Notes: generated by a model from the sequence alone, not told the origin. DNA of 64,000 nucleotides from Candidatus Zhuqueibacterota bacterium (GCA_049322915.1 JBMOPW010000026.1:64001-128000); one strand, 5' to 3'. Shown: positions 49,837 through 60,680, numbered from the stretch's first letter. Numbers and translations: made by a program.

Positions 49837-50885
49837 ACTGGCTACAGCCGACTTACAATCTGCTCCGGCGCGGCATTCAGAAATTGCCCCTCAATTCGAG
49901 CACGGAAATCCGTCTGACGCGATTGTGCAGCCAGCGCTGCCGCCAGTGCAGTGTGTATGAACGAAAGACAGTCCCGGCCAGTATGGACATCGGGCGGTTC
50001 AGGCTTATAGCGCAGCAGTTGCGGGAATATGGCGCGTACATTGGCTTCATCTCCGGCGGCGAAGCCACGTTAGTCCCGGACCTGGATTTAATTCTGACCG
50101 AGGCGAAGAAGACGTTTTCGCTCGCCACCACGCTGGTGACCGGGCTTTACAACAGTCCGGAGATTATTCACAGGGTTGCCTCCGGCGCGCTGGCACAGGA
50201 TATCAATATCCAGACATCGCTGGACGGGCTGGGTGAATTGGGCGATTCGCTGCGCGGCGTGCAAAATTTTTCGGACACAATTTTAGGGCACATGAAATGG
50301 ATCGCCGAGAACAGGCACGGATCCAAATCCTTGCTGTACGCGAATATCGTGCTCAATAATCTGAATCTGGATCAGGTACCGGAATTGATTCAGCGGGCCA
50401 ATGATCTCGGCTGGAAGACCACCATTGGGTTGTATCACACGCTGACCGAAACAACCCGCTCCGACGATGAATTGCGCATTCAGCCGGGAGAACGGTTGGA
50501 TCGGGTATTGAAATTTTTGGATGGCAATCCCAAAATCCTGAACCTGAATTCGTTCATTCAGGGAATAGGCCCGTTCATCGCCGGCCAGCAGAAAAAAATC
50601 TGCGCGTTTGTCGATTCGCCGGTGCTGACAACCCGCATCACCATCATGGAAAATGGCGACGTGCATTTATGTTATGGTCGGCCGATTGGCAATCTTTTCA
50701 CGCAGACTTTGCAGGAAATTTTTCACGGGGAAGAATATACGAAACGGTTGAATGAGTACCGCAATTGCCCCGGTTGCTGGACAACCTGTTACACACAGCG
50801 TTATCTGTTGGTGCACCCCCGATCGGTGAAGGAGTTGTATCATAATTTTGCGAAGGTTAAAGGGACCAAAAGAAAAAGAGATTAA
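49833..50885 (+). CDS. Radical SAM protein with twitch-like C-terminus
   Basis: CSQRCRQC, SGGE, SLDG, CPGCWTTC. Confidence 0.88.
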   Translation: MNWLQPTYNLLRRGIQKLPLNSSTEIRLTRLCSQRCRQCSVYERKTVPASMDIGRFRLIAQQLREYGAYIGFISGGEATLVPDLDLILTEAKKTFSLATTLVTGLYNSPEIIHRVASGALAQDINIQTSLDGLGELGDSLRGVQNFSDTILGHMKWIAENRHGSKSLLYANIVLNNLNLDQVPELIQRANDLGWKTTIGLYHTLTETTRSDDELRIQPGERLDRVLKFLDGNPKILNLNSFIQGIGPFIAGQQKKICAFVDSPVLTTRITIMENGDVHLCYGRPIGNLFTQTLQEIFHGEEYTKRLNEYRNCPGCWTTCYTQRYLLVHPRSVKELYHNFAKVKGTKRKRD

Positions 50886-50887
50886 GA

Positions 50888-51583
50888 ATGAAACCAGAAA
50901 AGGATCTTTTTGAAAGGCGGCAGAATCCGAGGTATTATCCTGACCGGAAAAATCAGCCGAAAGTAAGTTTCATTTTTAATAATGGAGAAAAGATATCCAT
51001 CGAAGTGGTGAACATCAGCAAAGGGGGGCTGTTAGGTTACACGTCGAGCATCGAGCAGTTTCTGGAAATTGATCATCAGCGAATTGATGTGATCGAGATA
51101 ATATTCCCGGAACGGCAGCCATTTCGCTGCTCCGGGAAATTGCTGCGGCTGCAGCCGACGCGGGAGGAAAACAAATGTTTCTGCGCCGTGGAATTCAGTC
51201 TCGTTGGCACAGACCTGAACCAAAACCAGGTGGATGTGGCGCAGCGAATCGAGGAGTCCCAGCAGCCGGAAAAGAAAATCATTATTCCGGATCAGCAACT
51301 GCTCAAACGCGTGGAGCGCGCGACGAACTACATGCGAGTTGAGGATGCCGACCGCGAATCGGAAATTCGTAAATCCGTGTATGACTCCTTCGACGATATT
51401 ACGTCCAAATTATCGCTGGAGGAGAAGTGGTGGTTTTTCGAAATCATCGATGAGATGAAACGGCGAGAGCCGGATTGTCCCGAAGGCCTGAAACGGGCCT
51501 ATATCAAATTATGCCGGATTGGCATCGAACAATCGCTGGGCAAGCATCATAAACTGGAAATCGCCGGCGTCGATCACATGTAA
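50888..51583 (+). CDS. PilZ-domain protein
   Basis: ERRQNPR and NISKGG c-di-GMP-binding motifs. Confidence 0.8.
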   Translation: MKPEKDLFERRQNPRYYPDRKNQPKVSFIFNNGEKISIEVVNISKGGLLGYTSSIEQFLEIDHQRIDVIEIIFPERQPFRCSGKLLRLQPTREENKCFCAVEFSLVGTDLNQNQVDVAQRIEESQQPEKKIIIPDQQLLKRVERATNYMRVEDADRESEIRKSVYDSFDDITSKLSLEEKWWFFEIIDEMKRREPDCPEGLKRAYIKLCRIGIEQSLGKHHKLEIAGVDHM

Positions 51584-51612
51584 AATCGCTGGCAAGGCTG
51601 GGTGAACATATA

Positions 51613-51651
51613 AAAAGCTCCGCAGGAGAAAGATCTGCGGAGCTTTTTTTT
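51613..51651. terminator. Bidirectional terminator
   Basis: aaaagctccgcag..ctgcggagctttttttt. Confidence 0.85.
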
Positions 51652-51681
51652 CATGCAACAATTAATATGAGCAGGCAATTC

Positions 51682-52077
51682 TTAAAAAACTTCTTTTATC
51701 ACAATATCGTAGCTGACGAAGTTGGTGGAAAGCTCGGCAAACTCAGCGGTGAATTGAATTAAAAATTTCCCGTCAAAGGTTGGCTTCAGGCTAATCACTT
51801 CCAGGTGACTCTGGCAACTCTCGATAGTGATCTGTTGCGTGGCGGCGAGTTGGTCGCGGTAGGTCAGTCGGGTGCCGGTTTCCGAAAAATTGACAAATCC
51901 GATTTCAATGACATACTGCCGATTGCCCCGATAATCGAAAAAGTGGGTATAGTTCCCCTTCGCTGTGGTTAATGCGCCAGCTTCGTAATATAGGACTTTC
52001 TCCGCGGACGATACCTGAAGCGAGTCGCCCATGATGAGCAGCAGGGAAAATAACATGATTCGGCGAATGATACGCAT
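51682..52077 (-). CDS. Hypothetical exported protein
   Basis: GGAG RBS; signal-peptide-like N-terminus. Confidence 0.65.
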   Translation of the reverse strand: MRIIRRIMLFSLLLIMGDSLQVSSAEKVLYYEAGALTTAKGNYTHFFDYRGNRQYVIEIGFVNFSETGTRLTYRDQLAATQQITIESCQSHLEVISLKPTFDGKFLIQFTAEFAELSTNFVSYDIVIKEVF

Positions 52078-52396
52078 GGCTGTCTCCAGTTTATAAAATT
52101 GCTGTATGCTTTATTACTTTATCGTCACACCCATCGGAAAACGTTAATGAAATTTTCTTTTTTAATTATATGCCAAAATTGAGCGAACAGCTATCAGCCC
52201 TTTCAAAAACCATAAATGGAAACATCTGCATGGTTTCACCCATTCGGTGATAGAATAATTCCACCTGAACCTGTTGTTTCTCTCGTCGCTGAATGCTGAA
52301 AGCTAAAAGCTAATCTCTTCTTTTAAGATATAGATAAAACCGGTATGTTCTGCGGAAGGAAAATTTATTTGTTGAACAAAAAAGCTTAACATCTGA

Positions 52397-52673
52397 TTTG
52401 ATACGTTGGTTATGACATCGTTTCCATGTCATAAATGACGCGGCAATTCATTGAAAAAGTTAAAAGTCAGACACCTTGAATAGCCCCGACTTTTAAGTCG
52501 GGGGACAGAAATTCACCTTTGATTTTTGGGCTTTAGCCCCTTTTTGGAAGGGACCCATTCTTAAAAAGTGAAATTCAATTTCATTTTTAAAACCACATTC
52601 AGCCTTTCAGAATCGATCATTTTGGCAATTTATTTTTCTTTGCGCATTTGAGGCTCTGAGGCTGAATAGTGAC
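52397..52673 (-). repeat. Family A element, one end missing
   Basis: Reverse complement of about 18363-18704; core palindrome 52484-52503; ends GGCTGAATAGTGAC. Confidence 0.85.
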
Positions 52674-52684
52674 GTTTTTTTATT

Positions 52685-52756
52685 GCTGCTCAGCCACATG
52701 ATCGCGCTGGATATTTATCCATCGCCGGGTTCGGGATGAATATCTGGAACGATCGG
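52685..52756 (-). repeat. Family C double-hairpin repeat
   Basis: cgcgctggatatttatccatcgc..gttcgggatgaatatctggaacgatcgg. Confidence 0.7.
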
Positions 52757-53014
52757 GAATCCGTGAAGATCAGCGCGGAACGTCCGTGAAATCAGGATTC
52801 AATTTCTTTGTTGGTTCTGGCTTGTCCAGGGCAGGTCATCACAAATTACAGGCTGTTTTCGCGGGGGATGAGGGTGAAAATGTATCCTGAATGGAGAGAC
52901 GGGATCGGTTAAAATTGTGCAGGAATCGGGAAGTCTCCCGGTCGGCCAAAGAGTCTGGCTGTTGATGCGCCGGGGCTGGTGAACACTGGTGGATGCCGGA
53001 GGGAGACAGCCGTC

Positions 53015-53905
53015 TCACAAACCCCGTTCCCATTCCTGCCGCAGATGGGCGGCCTCGGGATGGTCTTGTGCAGTGCGGATTTCAGACAACAGCCTGGACT
53101 TATCTTTGGAAAGCGTGCCTTGCAATATCAGAAAGTTAGAGGCGTGATTGCTGCGGAAAATAGTGCTGTTCAGTTCGGTGTTTTTAATGAGCAGTTCCAT
53201 TTCCGCGAGAAGGTCTGTCAGATTCATTGGTAGATACTCGCCGGCGAATCGCTGCCGGTATTGCTGCTCGCCGAAAGGGAAACTCAGCACCAGGGTGGAG
53301 GCGTACTCCGGCTGGACAATGTTGAGAATTTTAGCCGAGTTGAGGGCATGCTGTTCGGAATATTTTTTCCCGCCCAGACCATTGAGAATCATCACCGATA
53401 GCTTGATGCCAGCCTGTTTCGCGGACAGCAGGCCGGCGGCAGTGGATTGGAACGTCTCCCCTTTATGGATCAATTCCAGCAGTTCATCATCGCCGGTCTC
53501 GATGCCGACGTAGAGCAGCCGCAGGCCGGCATCCCGTAACGCTGCCAATTCATCCGGGGATTTTCTCGCAATGTCGCCGGGCAGGGCATAGGCGCTGATC
53601 CGATTCGCCCGGGGAAATGATTCGCGAATGGTCTGAAGAATGGTCAACAAGCGCCGGGTGGACAAGACCAGGGCATTGCCATCCGCCAAAAAAATTCTCC
53701 GAACATCGGGGAACACCAGCGCCGCATCGCGGATTTCCTGAATGACCGTCTTTTCCTTCCGGACGGTGAATCGTTTGCTCGTGTACATTTCACAGAACGC
53801 GCATTTATTCCATGAACAGCCGAGGGTGACCTGAAAAATCAGGGAGTTGGCCTCGGCAGGCGGTCGGAACAGCGGCTCGTTGTAGGCGATTGGAAAGAAG
53901 TCCAT
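53015..53905 (-). CDS. Radical SAM protein (FRPPAEA-type, function unknown)
   Basis: GCSWNKCAFC, FLADG, GIETG, FRSNHASN. Confidence 0.9.
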   Translation of the reverse strand: MDFFPIAYNEPLFRPPAEANSLIFQVTLGCSWNKCAFCEMYTSKRFTVRKEKTVIQEIRDAALVFPDVRRIFLADGNALVLSTRRLLTILQTIRESFPRANRISAYALPGDIARKSPDELAALRDAGLRLLYVGIETGDDELLELIHKGETFQSTAAGLLSAKQAGIKLSVMILNGLGGKKYSEQHALNSAKILNIVQPEYASTLVLSFPFGEQQYRQRFAGEYLPMNLTDLLAEMELLIKNTELNSTIFRSNHASNFLILQGTLSKDKSRLLSEIRTAQDHPEAAHLRQEWERGL

Positions 53906-54759
53906 CAGGCGCTCCTGAATTCGGGTGACGTCAATTTCCGGATGAACGAGTCAATCATTTTGCGCGCGATGCTGGGCGGGTCCGGTATGGTTGGCAGATT
54001 GTCGACGGAGTACCAATCCGCCTCAGCGATTTCATTCTCATCGATGCGAATCTCACCCGCCGAGTATTCCGCAGTGAATGCCACCATGAGCGAGTTGGGA
54101 AAGGGCCAGGGCTGACTGCTGAAGTAGGCGATGTTTTTCACTTCAATGCCCACCTCTTCGTGGATTTCTCGCTGCACGCACGCCTCCAGCGTTTCACCCG
54201 GTTCGACAAAGCCGGCAATCACACTGAAAACCGGCCGTTTGAATCGCACCGCTCTGGCCAGGAGAATGTGATCTCCCTTGCTCACGGCGACAATGATTGC
54301 CGGCACCACCGGCGGGTAGCTCACCAGCCCGCAGACCGGACATATTTTGGCGTACTCGTCGAGTTTAAATTCAAAGGGAGCGGCGCATCGTCCGCAGAAC
54401 TGCGTGACTTCGTCCCATTTCAGAATATGAAATGCCCGGCCGGCGATCCAGAAAAGTTTTTCCGGCAATACGCCGAACAACGGCCGCAATTCCCGAAACT
54501 CCATCTGCGCCGGCACATCACTGATAGCGTCGATTTCGGCGGAGAAGCATGGGGCCCCTTCCAGCATACCGAGATAAACCGAACGGATGATATTAAAACC
54601 GGCTGCCGCTGCGTCAGTCATCTTCGGGATGGTGACACGTCTCTCATCATTTCGGACGAGCATTTCGTAGTGATGAAAAATGAACCACCAACCCGGCGAA
54701 TCAGGCCTCGGAACCGGGCTTTTCGCCGGAGCGAAGTTGTTTTGTGTTTGTTCAATCAT
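53905..54759 (-). CDS. nudC: NAD(H) diphosphatase
   Basis: Zn ribbon, Nudix box GFVEPGETLE...REIHEEVG, SQPWPFPNSLM. Confidence 0.93.
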   Translation of the reverse strand: MIEQTQNNFAPAKSPVPRPDSPGWWFIFHHYEMLVRNDERRVTIPKMTDAAAAGFNIIRSVYLGMLEGAPCFSAEIDAISDVPAQMEFRELRPLFGVLPEKLFWIAGRAFHILKWDEVTQFCGRCAAPFEFKLDEYAKICPVCGLVSYPPVVPAIIVAVSKGDHILLARAVRFKRPVFSVIAGFVEPGETLEACVQREIHEEVGIEVKNIAYFSSQPWPFPNSLMVAFTAEYSAGEIRIDENEIAEADWYSVDNLPTIPDPPSIARKMIDSFIRKLTSPEFRSA

Positions 54760-55079
54760 GTGATACGATCCGCGTTGAATCGGTGCAAGGAAAATTATGG
54801 GTACCATCAGGGGGTTGCCGCTGCCGGGCGCCTCAGTGATCGCTCTCCCGACCCGAATCCCTGTTGTCCCGGCAATGGCATCATTATACTGGAAATTAAT
54901 ATCAATTTCAAGAGAAAAGTTATGCGCCAGCTAACCGGTCGAGATGTCCCGGTTGAAAAATTATTTTTTTATCAACCTGGCGCAAGAAAATTTCAGCCAG
55001 GGTGTTTAAAGAATAGACTTCCAAAATCGAATTAAAATCATTTTGAGACGAATGAAAAAACCAAACCCAGGAGGAGTTC

Positions 55080-56015
55080 ATGACATTGTTCAAAAAATCC
55101 AACGTTGTCTGGTTCATGGTGATGTTACTGGCCGTGGCCTTCAGTGTCGCGATGATGGTCGCGGCGCCGCAAAAAGGGGGGCAGTTGACCTACAAGACCC
55201 ACGAAGGTGAAATTCTGGTTTATGAGACAGTCTCGGAGACCAGCCGAACCATGGAGCGCGAGGGAGAGACCTCGGAATTCAAGACGACCCGAACCTATAA
55301 TTTCCAACTTCAGGGTGAAAAAAGCGATGCTGATTTGAGCTTTGTGCTCACGATCAATAAAGTCGATATGTCCAGCAGCGGCGGGCGCGGCGGCGGTTTC
55401 CGCGGCGGCGTGCCGGAGGATATTCAGGGCAAACGCGTGAGAATCAAACTGGCGCCGGACGGTAAGTTGGGTGAAATGACGGCGATCGATGAGATAAAAA
55501 TGCCGGAACCACGGAGCGGTCGGCAAGGCGACCGTCCGTCGGACCGACGCGGCGATCCCCTGCGATTATTCCGGATAAAAATGTTAACCCTGCCTGACAA
55601 GTCGTTTGAAGTCGGCAAGTCGTGGACCGAAAAGACCAAAGGCGCGCCGGAGGACGATCAGGGCGGATTCCGATTTGGCGGCATCGAGCAAACCGAAGAG
55701 CGCGAGACAAAATATACGGTTTTAGGTCAGGAAATGAGAAATGGTCTTCAATGCCTTCATGTCTCCATGACGACGAAATTCAACCGCGAGGGCGAAGGTG
55801 AAATGAGAGGCAGTGAGGTGAGTGTGGAAGGCGAAGGCGAAACCACGACGGAATTCTGGTTTGCCCCGCAGGAAGGTGTGCTCGTTGAATTGACGGAGAG
55901 CTCATTTTACGAAGGAACGACGGCCTTTTCCGGCGACAGAAACATGACCATGCCCAGTTCCAGCGAATCGAAATACACGTTGAAGCTGGTGAAATATTCA
56001 CCTGCTGCGAAATAA
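55080..56015 (+). CDS. Hypothetical exported beta-rich protein
   Basis: AGGAG RBS; signal peptide. Confidence 0.8.
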   Translation: MTLFKKSNVVWFMVMLLAVAFSVAMMVAAPQKGGQLTYKTHEGEILVYETVSETSRTMEREGETSEFKTTRTYNFQLQGEKSDADLSFVLTINKVDMSSSGGRGGGFRGGVPEDIQGKRVRIKLAPDGKLGEMTAIDEIKMPEPRSGRQGDRPSDRRGDPLRLFRIKMLTLPDKSFEVGKSWTEKTKGAPEDDQGGFRFGGIEQTEERETKYTVLGQEMRNGLQCLHVSMTTKFNREGEGEMRGSEVSVEGEGETTTEFWFAPQEGVLVELTESSFYEGTTAFSGDRNMTMPSSSESKYTLKLVKYSPAAK

Positions 56016-56541
56016 TTGTCGCACTGAAATTCGCGCTGCCATTGTGTGAACTGTTCGTGCTTACGCACAATACCTCCCTTAATATTGTGTCTCGAATTTC
56101 ACGATGGCAGCGTTTGTTTATCTCACTGTTCGTCTGCCTTTCAAAATAATCTCGCGACCTCTTCGCTTGCCCCGTCAAAACTCCTTTGCCGGAAGTAATT
56201 TTGTGAAAATGCGCCTAAAAATCCGCCTGAAAATTTTTTATGTTGAAATATTTTTCATTGAAATTTAAAGAAAAAGTATTTACCTTTCGGCCTGATATTT
56301 TCTTCCGGGGAATTCCTCATGATCATGTGCTCATCGATTCCCATGACAAAGCGCATCGCTGCTGAGGCGGCAAAGGCGCTCGGAATGAACTGCAGGCGCG
56401 TTCCCTGTGAATCGGTTCGACGAGAAGCATGGATCGCAGCCATTTTTCCACCAGTGAAAATCAGCGAACCATCGGTATTACCTGTATTGTAGTGGGAGAA
56501 AATCAGATACGAGTGTCGATACATGATAACGGATAAGGAGA

Positions 56542-57465
56542 ATGATACCGATGGCAAGAAAAATTTATGCTGATTTGCACAATCACAGCACCATTTCCGA
56601 CGGCGAGTATACGCCGATACAGTTGGTGGAACAGGCGAAAGCGATCGGGTTGGGCGCAGTGGCGCTGACCGACCATGATTCCATCGATGGACTCAGTGAA
56701 TTTTTACAAGCTGGCCGGAATCTCGGGTTGAAAACAGTCCCCGGCGTGGAAGTGTCGCTAGCGTTCAAGCGGCCGTATTTTGTGGGGACTCTGCATCTGC
56801 TGTTATATCTGCCGGAGAAGCTTCTGAACAAGCCGGCGTTCACCGCCGCACTCAATTCAATCATGGCTGAGGGACGAGGTCTGCAATTGATAAAATCCCG
56901 GGTGGAATCGATCAATAAAATCTATGGCCCCGGCGGGACGCAGCCAAAGCTCAGCAAACCTCTCACCGTGGAGGAACTGGTGAATTACAGCCAGAACGTG
57001 ACGCGGCGCCATTTTGCCCTGGCCCTGAAAGAGAAGCATGGCATCGACGATAAGGGAGCGATTAACGAAATCATCGGGAATGACAGTCCCGCCTACATCC
57101 CGTCCGGCATCGATATGATTTTGCTGCGGCCGTTATTCGCCGAGTACAGGGTGTTCCGTGTATTGGCGCATCCGGCAGCAGGATCGTTCCCCGGCGAAAG
57201 TCATTACAAAGAGGTGCTGCCCCCGGTGGAAATCGTTGAAAAAATAATGCCGGAATTCCTGGACCTGGGTCTGGATGGGATTGAAGTGTATTATCCGGGG
57301 CATACGGACGAACACCGGCAGCTCATGGTGAACTGGGCGAAAAAACATGATCTGACTATTACCGGAGGCTCCGACTGCCACGATCGGGAACAACGGCCAC
57401 TTGGAGTCGACGGGTTGGATGTGAATGAATTCAATAATTTTATGGCCCGGATCGCTTCAATATAA
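56542..57465 (+). CDS. PHP-domain phosphoesterase (YciV/TrpH-like)
   Basis: DLHNHSTISDG, TDHD, AHP, GGSDCH. Confidence 0.9.
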   Translation: MIPMARKIYADLHNHSTISDGEYTPIQLVEQAKAIGLGAVALTDHDSIDGLSEFLQAGRNLGLKTVPGVEVSLAFKRPYFVGTLHLLLYLPEKLLNKPAFTAALNSIMAEGRGLQLIKSRVESINKIYGPGGTQPKLSKPLTVEELVNYSQNVTRRHFALALKEKHGIDDKGAINEIIGNDSPAYIPSGIDMILLRPLFAEYRVFRVLAHPAAGSFPGESHYKEVLPPVEIVEKIMPEFLDLGLDGIEVYYPGHTDEHRQLMVNWAKKHDLTITGGSDCHDREQRPLGVDGLDVNEFNNFMARIASI

Positions 57466-57619
57466 ATTGTGATTCTCACAATTCCAGTTTAACAAAATGG
57501 CAAGTCTGCCGACTAATAAGGTAATGCAAAAATGCTCTCGCCATTGAGCAATCGGAGCAGTGGATTCGGCCGGACTTCCGATGACGAACGCGAAGGTACC
57601 GAATAGAGGAGTCGTTTCC

Positions 57620-58171
57620 ATGGAACGATGCGTTGCCTTTCTGCGCGCAGTGAATGTTGGCGGGCATGCGACGGTCGGGATGGATGCGTTGAAGCAGGCA
57701 TTTTACAGGGCCGGGTGCAGTGATGTGCGAACCTTCCTGCAAAGCGGGAATGTCATTTTCGATCATCCTGCCACTGATCGGAACGCCGCTCTGCTGGACA
57801 TTCAGGTCGCGCTAGATGAGCTGCTGGGATTCAAGGTCGTGGTGATCTTTCGGTCATCCATCGAGATTGAAAATATCGTTCGCTCGACGCCGTTCTCAGC
57901 GCGGGAGGCCAGGGACGACGTCAAGTTTTACGTCACTTTTTTATCGCAAATACCGAATGCAGGTCTGGATCTGCCGCTGGTTTCAGCGAAAGATGCAATA
58001 GAAATAATTGACATACAGAACGCGGAAGTGTACGTCGTGAGCGCGTTGAAAAAAAATGGAATGTACGGATTCCCCAATGACTTTATCGAGAAGAGGTTCG
58101 GGATACCGGCAACAACCAGAAATTGGTCGACCGTCACTAAAATTGCGGCTCGGCTCGGGTCGCTGAATTGA
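57620..58171 (+). CDS. DUF1697 family protein
   Basis: LRAVNVGG, QSGNVIF, TTRNWSTV. Confidence 0.88.
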   Translation: MERCVAFLRAVNVGGHATVGMDALKQAFYRAGCSDVRTFLQSGNVIFDHPATDRNAALLDIQVALDELLGFKVVVIFRSSIEIENIVRSTPFSAREARDDVKFYVTFLSQIPNAGLDLPLVSAKDAIEIIDIQNAEVYVVSALKKNGMYGFPNDFIEKRFGIPATTRNWSTVTKIAARLGSLN

Positions 58172-58254
58172 GTGGGACGTAGCCTAACGAGTCCGGTGCG
58201 CACAATGCATCACGTCGACAATGCAGCAACTGTGCGACACAACCATGTGAAAGA

Positions 58255-59466
58255 ATGAATTGCCGAATGAACTGGATGAGACGAATTACCCATTGTACGA
58301 AGTTTGTTTTTTTTATCCTGTTTTTCCATTTTGGTTTGAACCCCCTTGCCACCAAAGCGCAACCAAAGTATCAGATCGGCCACATCGATGAGGTGATCGA
58401 TAAATTTCAATTATTTGTCGAAGAAACACTGTTGGAATGGAATGCTCCCGGCGCGGCCGTGGCCATTGTCAGCGGAGATTCGATCGTATTCATGCGGGGA
58501 TTTGGAGTGCGAGAGGTCGGGAAGCCGCAGCCGATCGACGTGAACACCGTATTCCGATTGGCCTCAGTATCCAAGGGATTTGCATCGGTGCTGACTGGCA
58601 TGCTTGTTCAACAAAATCTATTGAGATGGGACGACCCTGTCAAAAAATATCTGCCGTCATTTGCCCTGCATGACAGTCAGGCAACGCGGAATTTAACCAT
58701 CCGCCATGTCCTCAGCCACACATCCGGTTTGCCGCCGCATGCGTTCACCAATTTACTGGAAGAGGAAGTATCCTATTCGGAGATACTCGCGCAGCTTCAG
58801 GGAGTGCCTTCAGCGTTTCCGGTCGGGCAAATGTACGCGTATCAGAATGTGCTGTACAGCATCATCGGCGACGTCGTTTTCTCTGTGACAGGCCAGCCGT
58901 ACGAAGATCTCGTGGAGCAATATATTTTCGAGCCGCTGGGTATGCATCAGGCTTCGCTGGGCAAGGTTTCCTTTTTGATGTCAGCGAATCGGGCAGAACC
59001 TCACACCAATGCCGGCTTCGATTGGATTGTCAGCGATGTCGAAGATTGTTACTATAAAGTGCCGCCGTCCGCCGGAGTGAACGCCAGTATCTCGGATATG
59101 GCCAAATGGCTGCGCGCGATGATGGGCGGAAATCCTGACATTCTCTCCTCTGAGGTGATCTCCAAAGTGACGACTCCATTTGCCGCGACTCCCCGGGATT
59201 TGTACAAATACCGCTGGCGCGATCATCTGAGAAAGGCGCACTATGGATTGGGCTGGCGGATTTATATGTACAACGGGGTAAAAATTGTCTATCACGGCGG
59301 ATGGGTCAAAGGATTCCGCGCTGAAATTGCCTTCATGCCGGAGCAAAAAGTCGGTATCGTCGCCCTGATTAATTCTGAAAGCAAAATGGCAAATCTGTTC
59401 CTGCCAACTTTTTTTGATCTGTACATGAATGTGCCGATCAAAGAGGCAGCGCACCACACGCAATGA
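58255..59466 (+). CDS. Serine hydrolase, beta-lactamase family
   Basis: ASVSK, LSHTSG, YQN, HGG. Confidence 0.9.
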   Translation: MNCRMNWMRRITHCTKFVFFILFFHFGLNPLATKAQPKYQIGHIDEVIDKFQLFVEETLLEWNAPGAAVAIVSGDSIVFMRGFGVREVGKPQPIDVNTVFRLASVSKGFASVLTGMLVQQNLLRWDDPVKKYLPSFALHDSQATRNLTIRHVLSHTSGLPPHAFTNLLEEEVSYSEILAQLQGVPSAFPVGQMYAYQNVLYSIIGDVVFSVTGQPYEDLVEQYIFEPLGMHQASLGKVSFLMSANRAEPHTNAGFDWIVSDVEDCYYKVPPSAGVNASISDMAKWLRAMMGGNPDILSSEVISKVTTPFAATPRDLYKYRWRDHLRKAHYGLGWRIYMYNGVKIVYHGGWVKGFRAEIAFMPEQKVGIVALINSESKMANLFLPTFFDLYMNVPIKEAAHHTQ

Positions 59467-59526
59467 CGTCGCCTGACAGGTAGGATTTTCTGCCCAATGC
59501 TGCGGCGGAGGTTGAAGGAACGACGC

Positions 59527-60396
59527 TCACTCCGCCGGAATTTCATTTTCAATATTGACCATCAGCCGCCACGCTCCGTCATTGAATCTCTTCCAGACAT
59601 GCAAGTAGCTGAATTGCCTGTCCTTTCCACCCGGATCTGCAGTGGCGATGCCGTAGGCGCAGCCAAGATCCCCCGACTCCGCCGCTATCGCATCGATTGG
59701 GTGGAACGTCTTCCTCTCAGCCAACAAGTGCGCATTCGATGCGATGGCTTCCTTGCCGATCAGCGGAAAATGCCCTTCCATGAACAACCGTATCCTTGTA
59801 TCCCCGTATCTGTGAATGGCCGTCGCCCAATCGCTGCTCTCCGCCACCGATGAAAATTCATTTTCCAACTGCATCAAATCCGCTTTCCCGAAATGGACTT
59901 TCGAAGAAGTGCTGCTGGCGTTATCAGCCGGAACTTCGAATTGTTCCTCCTGGTCCGGTTTCGGATGAAATATTCCGGCGTCGATTTTCACTTTCCACTG
60001 GCCGTCTGATTGCCGCTGCCAGACTGAAACGAAATGGCCGAACCATTCCCGCGTCGAATCCCATGTCGTGCGTTTGAATATAGATGGACCTGTGGTATAA
60101 CCAAAATCGCCTGCGCCGGAGACCTCAACGAAGCCCGGCTTCCAGAATAACTGGGTGTTTGTGAAGCTGTAATTCTCATAGTTCGGTTTCCCCAATTCAG
60201 GTCGTGGCAGAAACACAATGGCGCTGTCCGACAGGTACGTGATAAACGCTTCCCGAATTCCTTTCTCCTCGGATAACCGTGCAAACGATACTTCCGCGTC
60301 CAGGAGCGAGCGCAGGGCATCGGCGCTCTTTTTTTCCGTCGAACATTGGGACAGTAAAATCAAAATCACTACAGTCAAGAATCGTATCACTTTCAT
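59527..60396 (-). CDS. Tandem NTF2-like/DUF4440 domain exported protein
   Basis: Two GD.GY/A...W.R..DG.W repeats; signal peptide. Confidence 0.8.
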   Translation of the reverse strand: MKVIRFLTVVILILLSQCSTEKKSADALRSLLDAEVSFARLSEEKGIREAFITYLSDSAIVFLPRPELGKPNYENYSFTNTQLFWKPGFVEVSGAGDFGYTTGPSIFKRTTWDSTREWFGHFVSVWQRQSDGQWKVKIDAGIFHPKPDQEEQFEVPADNASSTSSKVHFGKADLMQLENEFSSVAESSDWATAIHRYGDTRIRLFMEGHFPLIGKEAIASNAHLLAERKTFHPIDAIAAESGDLGCAYGIATADPGGKDRQFSYLHVWKRFNDGAWRLMVNIENEIPAE

Positions 60397-60511
60397 ATCT
60401 CACCTCTTCAAGTTAATTTCAGTATCAGTACCGGTAATCTTGAGGCGATTTTTCCGGGGCTGGTTCTGTTTTATGTGCAAATGACGTAACTGTTTGGTCA
60501 AGTTTTGTACC

Positions 60512-60632
60512 AAAAGACTATCAACCGATCGGCCGGGTTATTCATCCCGAACGATACGCCCATTCGGAGATATGTGTCCCAACCTTTGCCCTGGCTGGAT
60601 GAATATCCAACGCGATCATGTGGTTAAACAGT
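60512..60632 (+). repeat. Family C double-hairpin repeat
   Basis: aaagactatcaaccgatcg..gggttattcatcccgaacg ... gctggatgaatatccaacgcgatcatgtgg. Confidence 0.7.
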
Positions 60633-60680
60633 CACAAATGACACGATCATAAACGAATGAATTTTGAAACAGTTTCAGGA

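Noticed and set aside
58180..58250. Integron attC after the DUF1697 gene (GCCTAAC)
   Set aside because: No matching GTTAGGC core or attC-like stem follows.
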